Positions 29,662 to 37,247 of a stretch of 64,000 nucleotides of DNA are shown here, piece by piece; the first letter of the stretch is position 1, and every line of letters begins with the position of its first letter. Made by a program: the position numbers and the translations under genes. The notes under the pieces were generated by a model. That model was not told where the DNA came from. It searched no databases and was given only the letters and a program-made list of their open reading frames with translations. The stretch covers positions 8,400 to 72,399 of IMG/VR virus record IMGVR_UViG_3300036398_003294. The stretch is one strand, 5' to 3'. This DNA is from a virus.

Positions 29662-29877
29662 ATGATCTGTTGGTTTGAAAACCTAAACAACACTGTGCAA
29701 ACGATTCAATTTCAAGTTTATTTTATGTCTTCTAAATCATCACAAGCACATGGATATTATTTGGATGAAAAAAGTTTTAGACAAAATATATCTATCTATA
29801 TAGCAAGAGGAAGAGATGTTATATTTACTACATGGATAAACCAATCAGATGTGTATTTAGCACCTAAGAAAGGATAA
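29662..29877 (+). CDS. Array member 11
   Basis: MICWFEN...SFRQNISIYIAR...WINQSDVYLAP. Confidence 0.85.
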   Translation: MICWFENLNNTVQTIQFQVYFMSSKSSQAHGYYLDEKSFRQNISIYIARGRDVIFTTWINQSDVYLAPKKG

Positions 29878-29884
29878 AGTTAAA

Positions 29885-30388
29885 ATGAAAGATTTATTAT
29901 TTGAATGCAATGATCAAGGCATGACAGAAAAAGAATTTACTGAAATGTTTTGTAAGGTATGCAAAAATAGAAAATGTGCAAGAGCAAGTTGGGCATTTTC
30001 TTCATGGGATGAAAGAATTAATACTCAATATGATAGATTTTTTCATACACCTACTATAAAGCAATCTGAAGCCTCTCAATATAAAGGCATCAGTGATTTT
30101 GAAGAATACCATATCAATCCTGTAGTCGATATATGGACACCTGCAAGTTTAGATTTTAGTAAATCACAACCTAAACATTATAAGATAGAACAAGATATTT
30201 CTCAATCATCCATTGAGAAACCTATCTTATCACAGCATGATGAAATAAACACACCTGTGCAAAACCTATATTTTATAGGTGACAGTAAACAACAAGTACA
30301 ACCACAACAACAAACCATTCAACAAGACGAATGGTCTTTGCCACCTAAAACTTTAAAAGTTGGTGGCAAGTTTCAAATGGGAAAATAA
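29885..30388 (+). CDS. Hypothetical protein with N-terminal Cys cluster
   Basis: C...CKVCKNRKC; low-complexity Q-rich C-terminal half. Confidence 0.75.
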   Translation: MKDLLFECNDQGMTEKEFTEMFCKVCKNRKCARASWAFSSWDERINTQYDRFFHTPTIKQSEASQYKGISDFEEYHINPVVDIWTPASLDFSKSQPKHYKIEQDISQSSIEKPILSQHDEINTPVQNLYFIGDSKQQVQPQQQTIQQDEWSLPPKTLKVGGKFQMGK

Positions 30389-30390
30389 AA

Positions 30391-30603
30391 ATGTTAAACT
30401 CAACAATCATTCAAGCTATTAATGATGGCTATCAAGTCGTTTTACCAGCTACAGTAAAAAGAGATTTAAAGATCGAGTTAAAGTATTATAACTTGGTTAT
30501 CTGTACAAAAGAAGAAGTGAAAAACAAAGAAAAGTTAATTTTCTTGAAATGGGAAGATGCTAATGAACTTGAAAGATTATCTTGGAAACAATTTTTACTT
30601 TAA
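30391..30603 (+). CDS. Hypothetical protein
   Basis: Starts 2 nt after previous stop. Confidence 0.65.
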   Translation: MLNSTIIQAINDGYQVVLPATVKRDLKIELKYYNLVICTKEEVKNKEKLIFLKWEDANELERLSWKQFLL

Positions 30604-30931
30604 GCGATGGATTGATCCTGTGTTGGTCTTGCCACCTGATCTCATACCTAAAGTAAATAAGAAACAAAAAAGAGCAATGAAAGAGGCAGAGGCATGGGTC
30701 TTAAAATATGGCAGTACAATTTTATATCTTAAAGGACTAATCCGAAAAGATGAATTTGTATATATGGAAGAAAATCATGTTTTTGTGAACACGATTATTA
30801 AACCTACAATGCAAGAATTGATAGACATAGCTAAGATCTGTGGTGAAGAACAATTTCAGACAGTGATAAAAATGACATCACATAAAAAAATTGTTGAGTA
30901 CCTGCGACAATATTATTGTATAATTAAATAA
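30557..30931 (+). CDS. Hypothetical protein
   Basis: 124-aa ORF overlapping previous gene end; start uncertain. Confidence 0.6.
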   Translation: MLMNLKDYLGNNFYFKRWIDPVLVLPPDLIPKVNKKQKRAMKEAEAWVLKYGSTILYLKGLIRKDEFVYMEENHVFVNTIIKPTMQELIDIAKICGEEQFQTVIKMTSHKKIVEYLRQYYCIIK

Positions 30932-30955
30932 ACTCAAACCAAAGGATATGTTCAA

Positions 30956-31219
30956 ATGACAGTATCAGAAAAATTAGCACAAGCGATTGCACAATTACAA
31001 GCAGTAGTTTCCGATGTTGAATCTGCTGAAAAAGGTAAGCTCAAACCAAGTGTACGAGCAAGAAAAGAACTTTTAACAGTTTCTAAATCTTTAAATGGTT
31101 TAAGAAAAGAATTGTTGGAAGTAGCTAAAGCAGAAAAAGAAAAGAGAAAAGCTGAAAAGGAAGCCAATCCTAAAAAGAAATATGCAACAGGCTTTGCGAT
31201 TAAGAAAGCTAAAGCCTAA
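30956..31219 (+). CDS. Histone H1-like (Hc1-family) basic DNA-binding protein
   Basis: D.E..EKG......RARK.L....K....LRK pattern and K/A-rich tail. Confidence 0.65.
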   Translation: MTVSEKLAQAIAQLQAVVSDVESAEKGKLKPSVRARKELLTVSKSLNGLRKELLEVAKAEKEKRKAEKEANPKKKYATGFAIKKAKA

Positions 31220-31268
31220 TCATTAAATATCTTTATCTTAAGTATCTCTTAAGATAAGGATATACATA

Positions 31269-31493
31269 ATGTTAATAGTATGGATAGCTTTATGCACTCT
31301 CCCTATGTATGTAGGGATTACTCTTAAAGTAAGCATCATACTATTAGACAGCGAGTTGGCAATACAGGATAAGGTAGTTTGGTATGTAAAAATATTAGGC
31401 TACCTTTTTTTATTTTGGTATGTAGAGATACTAGATTATATGATTGATAAAGATTTATGGACGATCAAATGGTATTTAAAATTTAAGACTTAG
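31269..31493 (+). CDS. Small membrane protein
   Basis: Two hydrophobic stretches; AAGGA RBS. Confidence 0.65.
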   Translation: MLIVWIALCTLPMYVGITLKVSIILLDSELAIQDKVVWYVKILGYLFLFWYVEILDYMIDKDLWTIKWYLKFKT

Positions 31494-32487
31494 GACTATA
31501 GAACATATAACTAGCAACATCCATAATATTTTGATGTGCATGAGCAAGTTTACTTTCAACCCAATCTTCTAAAGGTGTATCATGCTTAATAATATCTGCA
31601 AGAGAAGAAAGTTGAGTAAGCATTTGATTGATGTTAGAAACAGACATATAAGAACCATCAGAATCAGCTTGAAGATCCATAATAGCATTAGCTTTTTTAC
31701 CTAGCTTTCTAGCTTCTTTTCTTTTAGTCTTAGCAGTCGTTTTAAGATCTTTAACAGCTTTCTTAACAAGTTCTTCTGCACTCTTAATAATATCAAAAGA
31801 CGAAGCTAGTTTGTCATGCAAATCAGCTGGAATAACATTAGATTTTTTAAGGTATGGTAGATCTTGTTTAGACCATGCAGTTTTATATTCTTTAGCTTTT
31901 TCATCAGCTTTATCTGCTTCAGCTAAAAGTTCATTCATTTCGGATTCAATAGATGCGATTAACATTCTAGCAGTTCTATTAAGAAACTTATTTTGACCAG
32001 CTTGTTTATTAATAAACTTATTAGCTACTCTTGATGCAAGTTTAACATTAAGTTCTTTTTCACAAGACTCTTGAGATTTAGGTGCTTGACCTGTAATTGT
32101 ACCACCATACATACAGGTATTTACTTTCCATTCATCTTCAAAGTCTTGTTCTTTAATCCATTTTTGCCATTCTTTCTTACCTTTGGGTCCTTCATGAAAT
32201 CTTGATTCTCTTTGAAGATCTGCTTTCTTAAATTGATCTTTATATTTCTCAGTGTTTTCTTCCCATTCATCTTGAAAATCTTTAGGTTGGTCTTCAAACC
32301 ATTCTTTAAATTCTTTCTTACCTTTGGGGCCTTCATGAAATCTTGATTCTTTATCAAAATCAGCAAACATATCATTTGCCTCAATGCTACCATAATCTCT
32401 TCTCATCATTAGAGGTTGAGATAAGCCTTGATCAGTATCACTACAGCCACAGGCTGTAAAACGATTAAATTTATTTCTTCTTAACAT
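31483..32487 (-). CDS. Charged modular protein with duplicated ESRFHEGPKGKKE unit, possible internal head protein
   Basis: 40-bp repeat at 32170-32209 and 32311-32350 (1 mismatch); C-terminal LEDWVESKL module. Confidence 0.6.
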   Translation of the reverse strand: MLRRNKFNRFTACGCSDTDQGLSQPLMMRRDYGSIEANDMFADFDKESRFHEGPKGKKEFKEWFEDQPKDFQDEWEENTEKYKDQFKKADLQRESRFHEGPKGKKEWQKWIKEQDFEDEWKVNTCMYGGTITGQAPKSQESCEKELNVKLASRVANKFINKQAGQNKFLNRTARMLIASIESEMNELLAEADKADEKAKEYKTAWSKQDLPYLKKSNVIPADLHDKLASSFDIIKSAEELVKKAVKDLKTTAKTKRKEARKLGKKANAIMDLQADSDGSYMSVSNINQMLTQLSSLADIIKHDTPLEDWVESKLAHAHQNIMDVASYMFYSPKS

Positions 32488-32491
32488 TTTA

Positions 32492-33052
32492 TTAAAATCC
32501 TTTTCTTTTTCTTAGAGATGCCATCACTTGACGACCTTCTGTGTTAATTTCACGATCTACCATAAGAGCAGGTCTACGAACCATGTAGTTGGGCCATTTT
32601 TCTGACCACTTGGAATAAAAGGTACTTGAATCCACAATGCGAACAGTTTGATCAGGATCAGGGATATTTGGATCAGCTACATAAACATCCATATTACCAT
32701 CAGGTTTTTCAACTACATCAAAGACTAAACTAGCATGACTCCATTCTCTACCTTCAGGATTCCAAGAGATAAGAACAGGTTTACCTAGATCAGTCCAGCC
32801 TTTAACTTGCTTTAATGTGGAAGGTACAACTAAAGTGCCTCTACATCCATAATGTTGAAGGCAAGCTAAAACTTCTTCCCATCTAGCACCTTGCATAGGT
32901 TTAGCACCAATTACTTTTTGAACTTCATCTTCTGATGTATCAAAACCTAAAGCATTTAATGCCATAGCTGTAGATGCAGATACACAAGAGTATTGTGTTC
33001 TTTGCCTTACAGGATTGACATTAGCTTTGGCAATACGATTATTAAAAAACAT
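32492..33052 (-). CDS. C39-like cysteine peptidase (start revised to MFFNNR)
   Basis: QRTQYSC (Q...C), WSHASLV (H), YVADP (D); AAAGG RBS before 33052. Confidence 0.8.
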   Translation of the reverse strand: MFFNNRIAKANVNPVRQRTQYSCVSASTAMALNALGFDTSEDEVQKVIGAKPMQGARWEEVLACLQHYGCRGTLVVPSTLKQVKGWTDLGKPVLISWNPEGREWSHASLVFDVVEKPDGNMDVYVADPNIPDPDQTVRIVDSSTFYSKWSEKWPNYMVRRPALMVDREINTEGRQVMASLRKRKGF

Positions 33053-33130
33053 AGGAATAGAACCTTTCATCTTTATATGTATGCAAGATAGATTGAATAT
33101 AAAAAGAATATGAAAAAAAGTTTTAAAAAG

Positions 33131-33159
33131 TTGCAATAGATGCTTATCCATAAGTGTTT
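33131..33159 (+). promoter_or_regulatory. Conserved motif copy 5
   Basis: ttgcaat agat gc ttatccat aagtgttt. Confidence 0.75.
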
Positions 33160-33196
33160 TAGGTATGTAAGAAACGAAATGAAAGGAAAGGAAAAA

Positions 33197-33508
33197 ATGA
33201 TGAAGTCAATTCTTAATACTCTTGCTCTTAATGGTTTCACTCTCAATATTGAAGTTGAGAATGATCTTAGTATCTCTGGTGACATCTCTATGAATGACAT
33301 AAAGAGAGATTTCTATCTCACAAACAAAGACTTTACTTTGATTGAGTTTGTGTATGACTATTCAACAGGTACTTATAATGACAATGTGTTATTAGAAGTC
33401 TTAACAGATGATCTTGGTCTTATTACTACTATGACTAAAGAAATCTTTGATAACATAGACAATGAGATCAAAGGTGAAGAACTCTACTTAGAATACATGA
33501 AAGGATAA
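33197..33508 (+). CDS. Acidic hypothetical protein (start revised)
   Basis: AAGGA RBS before ATG 33197. Confidence 0.7.
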   Translation: MMKSILNTLALNGFTLNIEVENDLSISGDISMNDIKRDFYLTNKDFTLIEFVYDYSTGTYNDNVLLEVLTDDLGLITTMTKEIFDNIDNEIKGEELYLEYMKG

Positions 33509-33512
33509 AAAA

Positions 33513-33788
33513 ATGAACAACAGTCAACCAACAAAGGAGTTATCCAAAATGGAAGAACTAGAAAATTTAATTGCCAAGAATGGCAAAGTAGAAGGCAACC
33601 TTGTAGGCATAGATGGTAATGCTATTGCTTTGATAGGATATACATCACAATGCTTAAGAAGAGCAAAGTGGTCTAGAAAAGATATTGAAACATTTCAAAA
33701 GATTGCTTTAAGTGGTGATTACAACAATGTGATTTGTTGCTGTGTATTGGTCTTAACCTTTGAAGATGAAAGTGGAGACTTATGCTAG
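33513..33788 (+). CDS. Small phage protein of the LVG.DGNA...SGDY type
   Basis: Motif recalled from uncharacterised phage proteins. Confidence 0.7.
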   Translation: MNNSQPTKELSKMEELENLIAKNGKVEGNLVGIDGNAIALIGYTSQCLRRAKWSRKDIETFQKIALSGDYNNVICCCVLVLTFEDESGDLC

Positions 33789-34012
33789 TAGGAGTTGCAC
33801 TTGATTTTGAAAATCTCTGTAAAAAGCATGGTTGGGAAAAGAAAAACAATTACTTGTATGTTGATTCAGAAACAGGATTGGTTTTGAAAATCAAAAGTGA
33901 TTGTGTAATTCTTTCACATGAAGATGGTCTTGATGATGAAATCCCTTTAATAGGATCAGCCATAGAAACAATGGCAGTGGTCAAAAGTCTAAGAAAAGAA
34001 TATTTATATTAA
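33782..34012 (+). CDS. Hypothetical protein
   Basis: GGAG RBS, overlaps previous stop. Confidence 0.7.
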   Translation: MLVGVALDFENLCKKHGWEKKNNYLYVDSETGLVLKIKSDCVILSHEDGLDDEIPLIGSAIETMAVVKSLRKEYLY

Positions 34013-34088
34013 GATTGTAAAAATCTGTGAATATACTCTAAGCAATAACACACACACTTATCAATCTATCAAAAAAGGATTTAAAAAG

Positions 34089-35366
34089 ATGAGTACCTTA
34101 CTTACATTAACATCTAATACAGATGTGAAAAATATCAAAGCACTATTTGATAATCCAAATAGCTTTCAAATCACTAATGACAACCTTAATTTTCCATTTC
34201 AATGCTACTTTGTAGGTGGCAGGTTGGAAAACATTAAAGAAGTGATTTTACCTGCATTAAGAAAAGAATTAGGAATGCACCTTGTCTTTGGTGGACATAA
34301 AGATCCAACTAAAAAATCTTTTCCTGTTATTCCATTTACAACAATGGTTGTGTTTCATTTAAAAGATATGTCAGGACATCCCATAAGAGAATGGGCAAAA
34401 AAAGAAGCTGATGATATTGGTGTGCCTTTCATTGAGATTGTGCAAAAAATCAAGCCTACTATTGATACCATACAAAAGCATTATCCAAACTTTTGGGAAA
34501 TATCACAAAGGTTTAAAATGTTAAGGTCTTTACTACCTGCAGAAGACTGCAAGCAAGAAAGTGAGTTTTTTGTGTTTACCATTGAGAATTTCATTAAAAC
34601 TCTTACTGAAAAAGAAGATTGGTTAGTGATTGAAAAGAACTGTATGGCAAAACCATATAGACTACTGCCTGTAAATGTGCATAATGAAAACACTACTGCT
34701 TTTTATAGGAAGTGTGCAAAAGAAAACATCAATAAATTTTTAGATGGTGTTGAAAATCCTATGGATAAAAAGACAGACAATATCCCACCTAGAATGCAGT
34801 CTTGGTATGAAGAAGGTGCTGATTTATTATCAGCACATATCTTATCTATTCTACAAGGCAAATCAGATAGGTATAGCAAAGAGCAATACCTTGAGATCAA
34901 AAGACAGTGGCTTATTGATATGATCACAGATCCTACTCTTGATAAAGAATGGACTAAAAACTTTCACAAAATAGATTTAGCTTTTAAAGGCATCTTTGGT
35001 TGTGGCATTCCATCTGTATTAAAAACAGAAGTAAAAGACATGATGGAAATGAAATACCAAGATGATTTTAAACATATTTTACCAGCTGTTAAGCAAGAAC
35101 AACCTATTGTTGTTGAGCAACCTATTGTTGAGCAACCTATTGAAAAGGATATACCTGTTATGAAACAAACAGATACTATTATTAAAACTGAAACCAAACT
35201 CTTAAAGAGTGCAGGTATTAATGGCATGAGATTCCAAATGACAGAAGGTGCTACCTTGATCATTGAGAATATCCAAATCACTGATTTGGACTTAAAGGAA
35301 TGCACTCAAGTGGTTATTAAAAATGTAAATGGTAATCAAGTTGGTGAATTAAAGATTACTTTCTAA
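34089..35366 (+). CDS. Hypothetical protein with short EQPIV linker repeats
   Basis: 425-aa ORF with RBS; EQPIVVEQPIVEQPIE. Confidence 0.8.
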   Translation: MSTLLTLTSNTDVKNIKALFDNPNSFQITNDNLNFPFQCYFVGGRLENIKEVILPALRKELGMHLVFGGHKDPTKKSFPVIPFTTMVVFHLKDMSGHPIREWAKKEADDIGVPFIEIVQKIKPTIDTIQKHYPNFWEISQRFKMLRSLLPAEDCKQESEFFVFTIENFIKTLTEKEDWLVIEKNCMAKPYRLLPVNVHNENTTAFYRKCAKENINKFLDGVENPMDKKTDNIPPRMQSWYEEGADLLSAHILSILQGKSDRYSKEQYLEIKRQWLIDMITDPTLDKEWTKNFHKIDLAFKGIFGCGIPSVLKTEVKDMMEMKYQDDFKHILPAVKQEQPIVVEQPIVEQPIEKDIPVMKQTDTIIKTETKLLKSAGINGMRFQMTEGATLIIENIQITDLDLKECTQVVIKNVNGNQVGELKITF

Positions 35367-35857
35367 AATAGAATTTTTTTAGCATCATTTTGAATTTTCT
35401 TAATATACTTATTTATAATGGTTGAACTCACACCTTTTGAATGTAATAATTTCTCAAGCACTGCTTCTGAATGAGAACTAAAATTTTCCATAATATATTC
35501 TTGAGTATATTCAAAAATCTCACCATCATCATCATCAATATGACTAAAGTTTTCTAAGTATTTAATACCATCAAAAACAATATCCATAATCATATCTTTT
35601 ACAGCACCAGCACTTTTGAAACTAGCTTTCTTACCTGTAAAGTATTCGCTTGGATCTTTTTTACAATGGACTTTATCGCCCGGGTTCTTATATTTACAGT
35701 AAATGCTCCAAGCTGTACTAAAAGCATATCCTGTATCATATCCTTTTTCTTTTTCAAAAAACTCTGCCTTGTCTTGAACATATTTTGGAATATCTCTATC
35801 TTCAGCAGATAATCTTTGTAACATAGCTTTTCTAATAGCATTGTGCTTGAAATTCAT
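35363..35857 (-). CDS. Hypothetical protein (start revised to MNFKH)
   Basis: AAGGA upstream of ATG 35857. Confidence 0.7.
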   Translation of the reverse strand: MNFKHNAIRKAMLQRLSAEDRDIPKYVQDKAEFFEKEKGYDTGYAFSTAWSIYCKYKNPGDKVHCKKDPSEYFTGKKASFKSAGAVKDMIMDIVFDGIKYLENFSHIDDDDGEIFEYTQEYIMENFSSHSEAVLEKLLHSKGVSSTIINKYIKKIQNDAKKILF

Positions 35858-35943
35858 GGCTTCACACTTCCTTTTCTTTATTTTCAATAAGACAAACAAA
35901 ATAAATACATTATTAAAAGTAAAACACAATCCCAATCATATAT

Positions 35944-36720
35944 GTGAATATATCCATACCATCACTGAAGGTAAACCTTATGTCAAACCTACTCTTTCAA
36001 AAATTTGAACAAATCGTTCGCAAACGAATTGAAGAAAATGATCAAGATATTAAAGATTTTCTACAATCTCTTGATCCAGAGTTCTACTCTCAATCTGAAT
36101 TTTGGTTAAATGTTTTCCAACACCATACAGCCTTTGAACTTAATACAGATAAATATAAATCTCTTTATGCTTTTATGCTTTACCAATTAGATGCCACTAC
36201 TTTAACAGATACTCGCAAAGCAGGTATAGATACTGCTACTATCTTAGGTAAAGAAATCGGATCTATACCTTTACAGGAAGAAATGGTCTTTTCATTTAAA
36301 GATGAACATGGTCTTTTATGTCCAACTACACTGCATACTCGCATTAAAGATAAAAAACAATTTTCTGTTCTTGATTACTGCATTTCTAAATACCTTGAAT
36401 CAAATGATCCATATTACTTCACTTTCTATTACCTTACTCTTGGTGATGTTCTTTTAAACACACTACAAAATGTTTTATTAGACCATTCAGCACAGCAATG
36501 GATTTTTAAACAATTATCTATTGCACTACAGGTAGAGGCTGATTTATGTTCTTTAAAACACCTACCTACTTTAGAAGATTTACATGATCTCATGGTCAAT
36601 AATTATGGTTCAAATCTTAAAGATTTGAATAAAATGGAAGCATTTCAAGAACAGTATGGTTTATATTATCAATATAGAAGAAAGCCATTAGATTATTTTT
36701 TTAAAAAGTTTTTTTTCTAA
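35944..36720 (+). CDS. Hypothetical protein (start may be MSNLL)
   Basis: 258-aa ORF. Confidence 0.75.
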   Translation: MNISIPSLKVNLMSNLLFQKFEQIVRKRIEENDQDIKDFLQSLDPEFYSQSEFWLNVFQHHTAFELNTDKYKSLYAFMLYQLDATTLTDTRKAGIDTATILGKEIGSIPLQEEMVFSFKDEHGLLCPTTLHTRIKDKKQFSVLDYCISKYLESNDPYYFTFYYLTLGDVLLNTLQNVLLDHSAQQWIFKQLSIALQVEADLCSLKHLPTLEDLHDLMVNNYGSNLKDLNKMEAFQEQYGLYYQYRRKPLDYFFKKFFF

Positions 36721-36722
36721 AG

Positions 36723-36751
36723 TTGCAATGAAAGCCTTTTGGTAAGTGTTT
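36723..36751 (+). promoter_or_regulatory. Conserved motif copy 6, heading the unit that contains the methyltransferases
   Basis: ttgcaat gaaa gc cttttggt aagtgttt. Confidence 0.75.
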
Positions 36752-36774
36752 TATATATGTAGGAAACGAACACT

Positions 36775-37026
36775 ATGGAGCAAAAAATGACAAACTCTAC
36801 AAAAGGTAATGAAACTATGACAAATCAAAAAACATGGTCTACCAACCAACCAGCTTACAATTGGTCTAACATTTCTGAACATCCAGCATCACCTACTTGG
36901 GGTCAAATGGATACTTTGCCTAAATCAACAGATGAATGGCATCTTTCTGATATTGATCCAAGTGAATGGATGTCTAGTGAAGATGAATTTATGGAAGAAA
37001 ATGAAACTGAAGCCAAAGGGAAATAA
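36775..37026 (+). CDS. Small Trp-rich acidic hypothetical protein (start uncertain)
   Basis: ORF behind motif copy 6. Confidence 0.65.
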   Translation: MEQKMTNSTKGNETMTNQKTWSTNQPAYNWSNISEHPASPTWGQMDTLPKSTDEWHLSDIDPSEWMSSEDEFMEENETEAKGK

Positions 37027-37028
37027 AA

Positions 37029-37229
37029 ATGACTACTGAAGAAAAACTTTTAGAAATCATTGCTAAAATAGCAACAGATAAAGCACTACAAACAAAAGTG
37101 ATTGCTCTTTATGAAGAACATAAAATTGAACCACTAAAAAAATATGCTTGGTTTAATGAATCACAAAAGAAAGATGAGTTTAAAAATCCACTCTTTGATT
37201 CCTTGTTTGGACACCAATTTAAAAGATAA
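37029..37229 (+). CDS. Hypothetical protein
   Basis: Coupled to previous stop. Confidence 0.65.
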   Translation: MTTEEKLLEIIAKIATDKALQTKVIALYEEHKIEPLKKYAWFNESQKKDEFKNPLFDSLFGHQFKR

Positions 37230-37247
37230 TTTAAGAAAGAAAACAGA

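Larger units (their letters stand above)
27440..29877 (+). repeat. Tandem array of 11 paralogous ~220-bp mini-genes
   Basis: Shared scaffold MI(C)WF.N..N...V(F/Y)..S....G.....(N/S)FR....L...R......W....D.Y..P; coupled stop/start junctions. Confidence 0.95.

Noticed and set aside
27440-29877. Diversity-generating retroelement or integron as the source of the array
   Set aside because: No reverse transcriptase or integrase in the window, differences are not adenine-restricted and include indels, and there is no intergenic room for attC sites
27440-29877. CRISPR array
   Set aside because: Period ~220 bp, repeated parts are degenerate and protein-coding, no cas genes
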